Notes under the pieces: model-generated
The model's database searches: none
What the model saw: the letters and a program-made list of their open reading frames with translations, nothing else
Told to the model about the DNA's origin: nothing
Made by a program: the position numbers and the translations under genes
Source of the DNA: Acidobacteriota bacterium
GTDB lineage: Bacteria > Acidobacteriota > UBA4820 > DSQY01
Assembly: GCA_049967655.1 (NCBI GenBank)
Contig: JBMFSH010000019.1
Coordinates: forward strand, 1-52,366
Length of the DNA: 52,366 nucleotides
Direction of reading: 5' to 3'
Part shown: piece after piece, positions 9,911-19,223 of the stretch
Layout: every line of letters starts with the position of its first letter
How positions within the stretch are numbered: position 1 is the stretch's first letter

Positions 9911-12202
9911 ATGCCCGAGGCGTACGATGAGGACCCTGGTAAAAGCAATTCACGCGGGACGAACCGGTGGGACCGTGCCCCCTTTCGCGTGGCACTGGCG
10001 GCGGCGCTGGTCGTGAGTGCGCCTATCCTGTGGTCACGTCCTCTTTCCGCTGCCGATGCCAAGCCGAAGGGTGAGGTCCATCAGTTGAAGAAGAAGGAGG
10101 CGGCCGGGGGCGGCCTCCGCTACCCGGCTGCCCTCCGGGACAAGACGGTGGACACCTACTTCGGCACCAAGGTGCCGGCGCCCTACCAGTGGATGGAGCA
10201 CCTGAACAGCCCTCAGGTGAAGCGGTGGGTCGGGGAGGAGAACCGCCTCACCGACGGCTACCTCGCGAAGCTTCCCCTCCGGGGCTGGATTCAGAAGCGC
10301 CTCACGGCGCTCTGGGACTACGCCAAGGAGAGCCCGCCCGTGGAGGCGGGAGGCAGGCTCTTCTTCGACCGGAACTCGGGCCTGCAGAACCAGTCGGTGG
10401 TCTACGTGCAGGACGGCCCGTCGGCCGCGCTCAGGGTTCTCCTCGATCCCAACGTGATCTCGCCCGACGGCTCCATCGCGCTGGCGGGCTGGCAGCCCAC
10501 GGAGGACGGCCGCTACCTGGCCTACGAGCTGTCGGTGGGCGGCTCCGACTGGGAGACCATCCACCTCCTCGACGTGGCTACGGGCAAGGCGCTGCCGGAC
10601 GAGGTGCGCTGGGTGAAATTCTCGGGCGTCTCGTGGACCAACGACGACAAGGGGTTCTACTATTCGCGCTACCCCGAGCCGCCGAAGGGAAAGGCCATCA
10701 GCGAGGCCGTGCGGGACCAGAAACTCTACTACCACCGCCTCGGTACGCCGCAGTCGCAGGACGAGCTCATCTACGCCCGGCCCGATCTGCCCGAGTGGAG
10801 CATCTCGGGCAGCGTGACCGAGGACGGCCGGTACCTCTTCGTCTACCTGAACAACGGGACGGCGCCCGAGAACGAGCTCTACGCGGCGGAGCTGGGCGAC
10901 CCGATGAAGCCCGACGTGAAGGCTCCCCTGAAGCCGCTCTTCACCAAGAACGACGCCCAGTACGTGGTCTTCGGCCACGAGGGTGAGACCCTCTTCGTCC
11001 AGACCAACCTCAACGCCCCCATGGGGCGCATCGTGGCCGTGCCGCTGGCCACGCCCGATCCTTCGCACTGGCGCGTGGTAGTGCCCGAGGGCGAAGGGGT
11101 CATCGCGGGGGCCTCCATGGCCGACGGCAAGATCCTCGTGGACTCCCAGGTGGTCGCCACCAGCCGCCTCGCACTCTACGGCACCGACGGCAAGAAGCTT
11201 GCCTCTCTCGAGACGCCGACCCTCGGCACGGTGGGCGGCCTCTCGACGCGGAACGACTCACCCGACGTCTACTACCTCTTCACCTCCTTCCTTTACCCGG
11301 CCACCGTTTACCGCTACGACGTGCGCGACGGAAAGACCCAGACGCTCTTCGCCCCCAAGGTGGACTTCGATCCCTCGCCCTACGAGACCAAGCAGGTCTT
11401 CTACACCTCGAAGGACGGCACCAAGGTGCCCATGTTCATCGTGGCCAAGAAGGGACTCAAGCTCGACGGGAACAATCCAACCATCCTTTACGGCTACGGC
11501 GGCTTCGACATCACCATCACCCCCTACTTCTCGCCCTCGCTGCCCGTTTGGCTCGGTCTGGGGGGCGTCTACGCCGTGGCCAACCTGCGCGGCGGGGCGG
11601 CCTACGGCGAGGCCTGGCACAGGGCAGGGATGCTCGGCGACAAGCAGAACGTCTTCGACGACTTCGCCTGGGCGGCCAAATACCTCATCGCCCAGGGTTA
11701 CACGAGCTCCAAGCGTCTCGGCATCGAGGGCTACTCCAACGGCGGCCTGCTCATCGGCGCCAGCATCACAGAGCACCCGGAGCTCTTCGGCGCGGCCTAC
11801 GCCGGAGCGGGAGTGATGGACATGCTGCGCTACCAGAAGTTCTCCGGCGGAGCCATGTGGGCCCCCGAATACGGCACCTCCGACGATCCAAAGGCCTTCA
11901 AGTGGCTGATCGCCTACTCGCCCCTTCAGAACGTGCGCAAGGGGGTCTGCTATCCCCCCACCATCCTCACCACCGCCGACCACGACGACCGCGTGGTGCC
12001 GAGCCATACCTACCAGTTTACGGCGGCCCTCCAGTGGGCCCAGGGCTGCCCGAAGAACCCCATCCTCGTTCACGTGGAGACCAACACGAGCCACGGCTAC
12101 ATGCCCACCGACAAGCTCATCGCCCAGGCCGCCGACGTCTGGTCATTCCTGGCCCACAACCTCGGCGTGAGCGAGCCGCCCGCCCCGAAGGCCGCGAAAT
12201 GA
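9911..12202 (+). CDS. Secreted prolyl oligopeptidase (S9A)
   Basis: Signal-like N-terminus; YGYGGF, ANLRGG, GYSNGG (Ser), ADHDDRVVP (Asp), TSHG (His); AAGGAGG RBS. Confidence 0.95.
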   Translation: MPEAYDEDPGKSNSRGTNRWDRAPFRVALAAALVVSAPILWSRPLSAADAKPKGEVHQLKKKEAAGGGLRYPAALRDKTVDTYFGTKVPAPYQWMEHLNSPQVKRWVGEENRLTDGYLAKLPLRGWIQKRLTALWDYAKESPPVEAGGRLFFDRNSGLQNQSVVYVQDGPSAALRVLLDPNVISPDGSIALAGWQPTEDGRYLAYELSVGGSDWETIHLLDVATGKALPDEVRWVKFSGVSWTNDDKGFYYSRYPEPPKGKAISEAVRDQKLYYHRLGTPQSQDELIYARPDLPEWSISGSVTEDGRYLFVYLNNGTAPENELYAAELGDPMKPDVKAPLKPLFTKNDAQYVVFGHEGETLFVQTNLNAPMGRIVAVPLATPDPSHWRVVVPEGEGVIAGASMADGKILVDSQVVATSRLALYGTDGKKLASLETPTLGTVGGLSTRNDSPDVYYLFTSFLYPATVYRYDVRDGKTQTLFAPKVDFDPSPYETKQVFYTSKDGTKVPMFIVAKKGLKLDGNNPTILYGYGGFDITITPYFSPSLPVWLGLGGVYAVANLRGGAAYGEAWHRAGMLGDKQNVFDDFAWAAKYLIAQGYTSSKRLGIEGYSNGGLLIGASITEHPELFGAAYAGAGVMDMLRYQKFSGGAMWAPEYGTSDDPKAFKWLIAYSPLQNVRKGVCYPPTILTTADHDDRVVPSHTYQFTAALQWAQGCPKNPILVHVETNTSHGYMPTDKLIAQAADVWSFLAHNLGVSEPPAPKAAK

Positions 12203-12330
12203 GGCCGCGCAGGCGCTGAGGGCGCTGCCCCGCGCCTTCCCAGACCAGACCAGGCCGCCCCGTTCTCCCCAGTGGGGCGGCCTTTTCCATGCACGTCGGT
12301 TCGAGCGTTCTGCCCGCAGAGGGACCAGGT

Positions 12331-12465
12331 TCAGCGCGTTCGCATGAAGAGGTCGGTAACGATGGCGTCGTCGCGGATGCCGTAGCCGGCCTTCTCGCTG
12401 ATCCGCCAGACGGGGATGATGACGAAGATGGCCGAACAGCCGCCAACCGCCAGAAAGAGGGGCAT
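12331..12465 (-). pseudogene. Remnant of a small membrane-protein gene
   Basis: AIFVIIPVWRISEKAGY resembles the common IPxWxIxxKAGY small-membrane-protein motif, then the frame degenerates. Confidence 0.35.
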
Positions 12466-12607
12466 GTGGCCCCAATCCCGCGATGGAGGAGGGGAATAAT
12501 CGTGGAAGGCGGGACAGATCACGCACAGTGGAAAAGGGTGTCACACCCACGGAGGGATTGGGGGCCATCGAGCCGAAGGCGAAGAGGGCGCCAAGGGAGA
12601 GGTGGGG

Positions 12608-12732
12608 CCCCATCGGGCTTTGCCCATGGGGCGGGGAGGGAATGGCCCCTCCCCGTCCAGGAGACAACGCCTTTCCCCCGTGTGTCCGGGACCTGGCCGA
12701 AACCACCCGCGTTTTCATCGCGGAATTTGGGT
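12608..12732. repeat. Dispersed structured repeat family A, copy 2, flanked by a possible 6-bp target duplication GTGGGG
   Basis: Identity blocks shared with 48-126; hairpin CCCCAT-C-GGGC-TTT-GCCC-ATGGGG; GTGGGG at 12602-12607 and 12733-12738. Confidence 0.85.
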
Positions 12733-12803
12733 GTGGGGGATCATCAGAAAGGGAAACAGCATCGCAAGGGCCATGGAAGCCTCCTTTCCCTCATCCTGAT
12801 ACG

Positions 12804-13097
12804 CTAGCCGGAAGGAGTTTGTTCTCCTCCCGCACGGGTGGCGAAGCGGAGCTTGCGCGTACCGAGGCGGTCTTTGATCTTCCGCGAGTCTAGCTTGAGC
12901 GCCGCGCTCAGGACGAAGAGGCGGAACTCGCCCTTCACCATCAGCACGAGGGCCTTCCCTCCCACGGCCATCTCCTCGCCCCGCGCCCGCGCCGACTCTT
13001 CCGAGGTCCGAGTCGGCGGGTGGTGTATCTCGCGGTAGGGGATCCCCCGCTCCGCGAGGAGCGCCTTGATCCGCCGATAGACGGGCCCGTCTCCCAT
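12804..13097 (-). pseudogene. 3'-truncated YbaK/EbsC-family aminoacyl-tRNA deacylase
   Basis: HPPTRTSEESARARG, GGKALVL and KLRFAT are present but the ORF stops about 10 codons after RFAT, lacking the G.VPPFG half. Confidence 0.7.
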
Positions 13098-13354
13098 GAT
13101 GCCCACCACGGAAAGAGGACGATTTTAGCATCCCGGGCGGCGGCAAACTTGGGCGGCCCGCGGTGCGTAGGCCCACCGCGGGAATCCGGCGGGCGGCCCC
13201 AATGAAGGAGGGCCTGGGTCGGCAAGGCGGCGGTGACGGGCGAGGTTTCCGCCGTCCGCTCCGTGAAACTCGGCGTCGGTGCGGGCGGCGTCAAGGCAGG
13301 GCTGGGCTAGAGGCCCCCGGCAAGCGCGGGCCGGCAGCTCGCCCCGTCCCCCGA

Positions 13355-14425
13355 TCAGCCCTCGGGAGGGAGCTGCGGCTCCCCGGACGGGGGTACCTGG
13401 GGCGACGGCTGGGTCTCCTCCGCGAGGCTCGGTGGCAGCGGTTCCGCGGTTGCGGAGCCGGATGGCGGCGTCGGCTCGGGCGAGGTTCCGGCGGCGCTCC
13501 CCGAGGTAGCGTCGGAGAAGAGGTGCCACTCGTCGCCGAACTGTTCCAGGAAGGCCAGCGAATAGGCCCGCATGAAGACGAAGATGGGGAGGAAGACCAC
13601 CGAGCTGAGGTAGGGCAGGCCCGCGATACAGCAGGTGACGCAGGTGCCGAGCATGATGATGACTCCCGCCGCGAGGGCCAGAAAGAGCTTCAGGAGGTAG
13701 AAGAGCAGAAAGGCGCCGATCCTCCCCGGCAGGAGCTCCGCGCGGAAGACGCGCACGCCCGCCATGACGCTGATCTCCCTCCTGGCCATCACGGGCACCA
13801 CGAAATCGGCGAGCACCAGGTTGATCACCAGCAGAACGAGGGCCAGTGGAACCACGAGAACGACGAAGAGGGCCACGGCGAGCAGGGCTCGTCCACCGAA
13901 GAAGCTCGCTCGGACGGAGGGCCACGCGATGAAAAGACAGAGGGCCGAGATGACCGCCATCGCCGCGAGGCCCACCAGACCCAACAGAAAGCGCAAGAGG
14001 AAGAGGCTGTTGCCGAGCCGCCGGAAGCGATGCCACGGTTCCGCCACCGCGCCCCGGTTGCGCAGGACGCCCTCCAGAAACATGAACTGCCCGCGGCTGC
14101 CGAGCCACTGCAGGATGGCGCCGAAGGCCACTCCGAGAAGCACGACGACGGCGCCGATGGCGATGACGAGGGTCAGGTGGCCGAGAACCCAGGCCGTGAC
14201 GTGGTCGAACGAGGGCGGCAGAGGTTCCCTTCCTCGCAGGAAGGGGTTGCTTCGGAAATTGGCCGCGCCGCCACTGGGGCCGCCTTCGCCCAGGGCGGCC
14301 AGGAAGGCGCAGAAGCCCAGGACGAACCACTTCTTCAGGTCGAAGGGCGAGAAACAGATACGGACGGTATGGTGCAGGGCGCTCTCGACGGCATCCAGGA
14401 CGGATACGCTCCGCTCACTCGCCAT
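13355..14425 (-). CDS. Conserved-looking integral membrane protein of unknown function with Pro-rich tail
   Basis: 356 aa with several TM segments (FDLKKWFVLGFCAFLA, DFVVPVM, TCCIAGLPY); AGGAGG RBS. Confidence 0.8.
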   Translation of the reverse strand: MASERSVSVLDAVESALHHTVRICFSPFDLKKWFVLGFCAFLAALGEGGPSGGAANFRSNPFLRGREPLPPSFDHVTAWVLGHLTLVIAIGAVVVLLGVAFGAILQWLGSRGQFMFLEGVLRNRGAVAEPWHRFRRLGNSLFLLRFLLGLVGLAAMAVISALCLFIAWPSVRASFFGGRALLAVALFVVLVVPLALVLLVINLVLADFVVPVMARREISVMAGVRVFRAELLPGRIGAFLLFYLLKLFLALAAGVIIMLGTCVTCCIAGLPYLSSVVFLPIFVFMRAYSLAFLEQFGDEWHLFSDATSGSAAGTSPEPTPPSGSATAEPLPPSLAEETQPSPQVPPSGEPQLPPEG

Positions 14426-14625
14426 GGCATTCCTCCTGCCCCCGGCGGCCGCCCCAGCGAGGCCGATCCGCGCTCCCTTCGTCGCATCTTAAGGGCGTCG
14501 CCGCCGGTGGTTCGCGTCACAAGTATACCCTGCGGCAGCGTGTCCAACAAGCTCCGCGGCCCTTCCATGGCGGAGGCAACTGGCCTACAGTAATGCATCG
14601 GTGAGGACGAGAGGAGGAGTGGCGC

Positions 14626-15333
14626 ATGGCAAAAATGCACTTTGAAGCCGCGGAGGGCATCGGGCGGATCCGCATGGACGACGGCAAGGTCAACGCCATG
14701 GACCGGGAGTTTTTCGCCGAGCTGAACCAGGCCCTGGACCGGGCCGAGGGGGAAGCGGTGCGGGCGCTCGTGGTGCAGGGCAGGGAGGGTTTCTTCTCCG
14801 CCGGCCTCAACGTGAAGCTGCTCCCCTCCCTGGGACCGAAGGAGGTGGAGGGGCTGGTCGATGCCTTCGCGCGCACGATCCTTCGGGTATTCACCTTCCC
14901 GTGCCCCACCGTGGCGGCCTGCACGGGCCACGCCATCGCGGGTGGGGCGCTGCTCGCCTTCGCCTGCGACCTGAGGTTCATGCTCGATGGCCCCTTCAAG
15001 GTGCAGATGAACGAGGTGGCCGCGGGGCTCGCCCTGCCCTCCTGGGCGCTGCTCGTGGCCCAGACGGCGATTCCTCCCCGGCGCCACGCGGAGCTGCTCC
15101 TCCACGCCGGGGCCTGCTCACCCAGCCAGGCGGTGCAGTGGGGGCTCTTTGCCGGGGCGCCGGCCACGCCGGAGGCCCTCGATCAGGCCGCCTCGGGGGC
15201 GGCACGGGAACTGCTCTCGCTCGATCGCGCCGCGTACAAGGAAACCAAGCTCCGGATGAGGGCCGTGGCGGTGGAGCGGGCCCTGGCGCTCCTGCCCTCC
15301 GAACTTCCAACGCGCCTGCCCTTCAAGGGATGA
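14626..15333 (+). CDS. Enoyl-CoA hydratase/isomerase (crotonase) family protein
   Basis: MDDGKVNAM, FFSAGLNV, PTVAACTGHAIAGGALL, NEV; GAGGAG RBS. Confidence 0.9.
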   Translation: MAKMHFEAAEGIGRIRMDDGKVNAMDREFFAELNQALDRAEGEAVRALVVQGREGFFSAGLNVKLLPSLGPKEVEGLVDAFARTILRVFTFPCPTVAACTGHAIAGGALLAFACDLRFMLDGPFKVQMNEVAAGLALPSWALLVAQTAIPPRRHAELLLHAGACSPSQAVQWGLFAGAPATPEALDQAASGAARELLSLDRAAYKETKLRMRAVAVERALALLPSELPTRLPFKG

Positions 15334-15391
15334 GGATGGGGCCGGAAGAATCGCGGCACATCTTCACCGTCCCGCGCTAGAGGAGACAGCC

Positions 15392-16357
15392 GTGTCGGAG
15401 AACAAGTCGCGCATCGCCGCCATCGACCACTTTCGCGGCCTGACCATTCTGCTCATGGTCCTCGTCAACTTCCTGGACGGCGCCGTGCACGTGTGGCCGA
15501 TGTTCAAGCACAGCCCCGACGTGGGGCTCACGCTCACGGATCTGGTGGCGCCTTTCTTCTACTTCGCCATCGGCCTCACCTACGGTCCCTCGGTGAGGCG
15601 ACGCATCGCCAGGGAGGGCCGCGACGCGGCCATGCAGCACCTCTTCGAACGCTACGCGGCCATCCTGGGCCTGGGCTACCTCATTTCGGCGGTGGGTCAC
15701 GTGGTGGGCATACCCCAGGGCGGGCAGTACTGGGGCGTCCTTCAGGCCATCGGAATGGCGGGTCTCATCGCCATCCCCTTCATCCTGCTGCCCATCTGGG
15801 TGCGGGCGCTCTCGGGGCTGCTCCTGCTCCTCGCCTACCACTTCCTTCTCTATGACGGCTGGCTCTCCATCGTGAAGGCGGCCTCCCACGGCGGCATCCA
15901 GGGCTCCATGGCCTGGTCCGCCATGCTGCTGCTGGCCACCGCGCTGGGCGATCTCTATGCCGACGAGCGGCACCGCCGGTGGCTCCCCTGGACGGGGCTG
16001 TTGCTGGTGGCCGTGGGGGCCGGGCTGGCTCCCCTCTCGCCCGTGAGCAAGGCGCGCGTCTCGCCCACCTACGTGCTCGTCACCACTGGCCTGGGTGCCC
16101 TGGTCTTCTGGGGTTTTCACCGGGCCGAGCGGCTCCTCGTGAAGGGTCCTCGGCTGCTCGCCGCCTGGGGACGGAACCCGCTCTTCCTCTACCTCCTGCA
16201 GTTCGGCATGCTGGGCCCCTTCTACGTCCTGCTGGGAGACGCCCTCTACGCCCAGGCGCCGGGGTGGCTCCTGGCCCTGGAGGACGGGGCCGTCATCGCG
16301 GTGTTGAGCGCCATCGCGCTGGCCCTGGACCGGCGGGGATGGACGTGGAGCCTGTGA
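15392..16357 (+). CDS. Heparan-alpha-glucosaminide N-acetyltransferase-like membrane protein (DUF1624/DUF5009 type)
   Basis: RIAAIDHFRGLTILLMVLVN, TLTDLVAPFF, WGVLQAIG, SPTYVL, WGRNPL; GTG start behind GAGGAG. Confidence 0.85.
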   Translation: MSENKSRIAAIDHFRGLTILLMVLVNFLDGAVHVWPMFKHSPDVGLTLTDLVAPFFYFAIGLTYGPSVRRRIAREGRDAAMQHLFERYAAILGLGYLISAVGHVVGIPQGGQYWGVLQAIGMAGLIAIPFILLPIWVRALSGLLLLLAYHFLLYDGWLSIVKAASHGGIQGSMAWSAMLLLATALGDLYADERHRRWLPWTGLLLVAVGAGLAPLSPVSKARVSPTYVLVTTGLGALVFWGFHRAERLLVKGPRLLAAWGRNPLFLYLLQFGMLGPFYVLLGDALYAQAPGWLLALEDGAVIAVLSAIALALDRRGWTWSL

Positions 16358-16442
16358 GGCTGGCCTCTTCCGGCACGCTCCCTCTTCTTGAGGGAGATTC
16401 CAGGCCGATGGCCGGGGGGAGGCTACTTTTCGAAGGACCCGA

Positions 16443-16781
16443 ATGGCAGTGAGAACCGGATCGGAGGGAAAAGGGAACGGCGCCCCCACCGTCAAGAACC
16501 TGGGCACGGTCGTCTTCAAAGACCTGCAAAAGGGCGGCCTGAGCCGCACCCTCAGGCGGGACCTGGAGGAGCTCTACGAGTTCTACCTGGATGAGGCCTC
16601 GCGCGAGCGGCTGAGGAACATGGGCCGCCTCCGGCGCTGGCTCTCGATCGCCGTCTGGCTCGTGAAGAACCTCATCATGAGGCTGCCCCCGGCCCGGAGG
16701 CTCCTGCTCCTGGCGGCCTTTTCGGGGGACGGCCATCCCTTCGACGACCTCTCCTTGGTCCTTCTCAGGCGGGTGGGGTGA
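16443..16781 (+). pseudogene. Internally deleted PP2C/SpoIIE-family phosphatase gene
   Basis: N-terminal RRDLEELYEFYLD...PARRLLLLA segment joined in frame to a SpoIIE-like C-terminal tail AFSGDGHPFDDLSLVLLRR; catalytic core absent. Confidence 0.55.
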
Positions 16782-16797
16782 CGGGGCTCAGTCCCCC

Positions 16798-18378
16798 TCA
16801 GGCACGCAGGCCGGCGAGCGCCTTCAGGAAGCCCAGGACCTCGGTCGTGTCCGCGAGCGCGTAGCGCGCCGCGGTGAGCCTCTCATCCCTGAAATCGCGG
16901 ACCACCACGCCCAGGCCGAGGCCCTCGACGGCGCGGAAGGCGTCTTCGTCCGTGAGGTCGTCGCCCACGTAGACGGGCAGGACGCCCGGGCCGCTCAGCT
17001 CCAACTGCTCCAGCATCCAGAGCAGGGCCTTGCCCTTGTTCCAGTCCACGCGCGGCTGAAGGTCGTACACCATCTTCCCGTCGCTCCTGCGGAGCCCCGG
17101 GAGGGCGCAGAGCACCTCCTCCACGGCCTGGGCGACCACCGGCAGGTCGCCCTCACTCACGTTCCGGTAGTGGGCCGCCACGGAGAAGCGCTTGCGCTCG
17201 ATGAGGACGCCAGCCACCCCTCCCAAGCGCTCCCTGAGGAGCCGCTCCGCCTCGTCCACCAGCGGCAGAAAGGCCGGGTCCTGCTCGTAGTCGATCCGGC
17301 GCCCCTCGGGCCCCTGGATCTCGAAGCCGTGGCTCCCGGCGTAGAGGAGCCCGTCCAGGCCTACCATGCGCTGGACGTCCCGCAGGTCCCGTCCGCTGAC
17401 GACCGCCACGGTGCATCGCCGGGCCAGCCCTTCGAGCGCGCCCCTCATCTCGTCGGAAAGAACGGCCAGCTCCGGGCTCGCCACGATGGGGGTGAGGGTT
17501 CCGTCGTAATCCAGAAAGACCGCGAGGCGCTTGCCCCGGGCGGCGACCGCGATCTCTTCGATCCGTTCGAGGGCGGAGGGCAGGTGAGAGGTCAGATGGC
17601 CCCCGATCTCCGGGCTTTCCGCGAGGCGCACCTGGGCCAGATCTGAAACCACCATGTCCGCCCCCCCCAGCTCCAGCGCCCTCGTCTGTCCCGACCGGTC
17701 CACGCCGATGACGAGGCCGAACCCCCCCTTTCGCCCGGCCTGGACGCCGGGCAGGGCGTCCTCAACCACGGCCGTGCGGGCCGGCGAGGCGCCCAGGCGC
17801 CGGGCCGCCTCCAGGAAGATGGCGGGATCGGGCATTCCGGCGAGATGCAGGCCCTCCACGTCGTTGCCGTCCACCACCACCTCGAAGAGGTGGCTCAGGC
17901 CCGCTCGCCCAAGGACGCTCCGGCCGTTGCGGCTGGAGGAGACGACGGCGGTCCGGACGCCGAGGAGGCGAAGGGATTGAATGAAGATCAGGGCCGAAGG
18001 GATGGTCTCCACGCCGTGGCGGCGCAGGAGCTCCAGGTAGATCTCGTTCTTGCGGTTGCCCAGGCCGCAGACGGTCTCTGCCTCCGGGCCGTCCTGAGGC
18101 GTTCCCGGAGGCAGCTCGATGGACCGGGAGGCGAGGAAGCTCTCCACCCCCTCGTAGCGGGTTTTCCCGTCCAGGTAGCGGTTGTAGTCGGCGCACGGAT
18201 CGAAGGGACGGAAGGTCTCATCCAGCCGGACGGCTCGCCGGCGAAGGTAGTCGTCGAAGAGTTCCTTCCAGGCCGCGGCGTGCACCTTGGAGGTGCGCGT
18301 CACCACGCCGTCGAGGTCGAACAGGAAGGCGTCGAAATCGGAAGCGGAAATCTGGTGGCGGGCACCCTGACGGGCCAT
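16798..18378 (-). CDS. otsB: Beta-phosphoglucomutase-like HAD domain fused to trehalose-6-phosphate phosphatase
   Basis: N-domain FDLDGVVT, VSSSRN, VEDALPGVQAG; C-domain FLDYDGTLTPIV, SGR, GSHGFE, HYR, WNKG, GDDLTDEDAF; ATG 18378 behind GAGGGAG. Confidence 0.9.
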   Translation of the reverse strand: MARQGARHQISASDFDAFLFDLDGVVTRTSKVHAAAWKELFDDYLRRRAVRLDETFRPFDPCADYNRYLDGKTRYEGVESFLASRSIELPPGTPQDGPEAETVCGLGNRKNEIYLELLRRHGVETIPSALIFIQSLRLLGVRTAVVSSSRNGRSVLGRAGLSHLFEVVVDGNDVEGLHLAGMPDPAIFLEAARRLGASPARTAVVEDALPGVQAGRKGGFGLVIGVDRSGQTRALELGGADMVVSDLAQVRLAESPEIGGHLTSHLPSALERIEEIAVAARGKRLAVFLDYDGTLTPIVASPELAVLSDEMRGALEGLARRCTVAVVSGRDLRDVQRMVGLDGLLYAGSHGFEIQGPEGRRIDYEQDPAFLPLVDEAERLLRERLGGVAGVLIERKRFSVAAHYRNVSEGDLPVVAQAVEEVLCALPGLRRSDGKMVYDLQPRVDWNKGKALLWMLEQLELSGPGVLPVYVGDDLTDEDAFRAVEGLGLGVVVRDFRDERLTAARYALADTTEVLGFLKALAGLRA

Positions 18379-18662
18379 CGAAGCTCCCTCTCCCCGTTCC
18401 TCTCTCGCCGGAGCCCTGCGGTTCCGGGCGGCCGGCCGCCCCTGCCGGCACGGAGAACCCTCGGCCCGGGGGCTCCCGGGACCATCCGGGGCCGGCCCCC
18501 TGGCGCGTGCCTCTCCGGTGCGGCACACTTAAACTTATAGCCTCATTCGCGACGGGATGCTACGGGGGAGGGCCGAGATCGCCGCGAAGAGTGACTTATG
18601 CCGGTTTGTGCCGGGCGGGAGAGGGTTCGGGGCGGCCTCTTCCGCCCCGACAGGAGGTGCGG

Positions 18663-19085
18663 GTGATCGAGGTGAACGACTGGCTGTCCATCCGGGAGGA
18701 GGAGCTGGAGGAGGCCTTCGTCCGGTCTCCCGGACCCGGCGGGCAGAACGTGAACAAGGTGGCCACGGCGGTCCAGCTCCGATTCGACGCAGCTCGGTCC
18801 CCATCGCTTCCCGAGGAGGTCCGGGCCCGCCTGCTGCGCCTGGCGGGGAAGCGGGCCACCTCGGAGGGGGTCGTGATCATCGAGGCCAGGCGCTTCAGGG
18901 CGCGCGAGCGCAACCGCCAGGACGCCCTGGAGCGGCTCCTGACCCTGTTGCGCGCGGCCGCGAAGGCGCCCAAGGCCAGGAGGCCCACCGCTCCAACGAC
19001 GGCCTCCAGGGAGCGCCGGCTCTCCGGCAAGCGCCGGAGGGGTGAGCTGAAGCGACGCCGGGGCGAGCGAGCCGACCCAGATTGA
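18663..19085 (+). CDS. arfB: Alternative ribosome-rescue peptidyl-tRNA hydrolase
   Basis: RSPGPGGQNVNKVATAVQLRF and a basic C-terminal tail; GTG start behind AGGAGG. Confidence 0.92.
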   Translation: MIEVNDWLSIREEELEEAFVRSPGPGGQNVNKVATAVQLRFDAARSPSLPEEVRARLLRLAGKRATSEGVVIIEARRFRARERNRQDALERLLTLLRAAAKAPKARRPTAPTTASRERRLSGKRRRGELKRRRGERADPD

Positions 19086-19140
19086 GGCGGAGTCGGAGGG
19101 CCGGCCTGCCGCCCCGGCGCCGCCGGGCAGGCGGTCGGTG

Positions 19141-19146
19141 TATAAT
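19141..19146 (+). promoter_or_regulatory. Consensus -10 hexamer upstream of the DEAD-box helicase
   Basis: TATAAT in GC-rich intergenic DNA about 80 bp before the start; no clear -35. Confidence 0.45.
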
Positions 19147-19223
19147 AACCATCAGGCCAGTCGTCCGTGGCGGGCGGCCGGTGTTTCCCGCGCGCCAGCG
19201 ATGGAGTGCAACCGGAGAATTGG

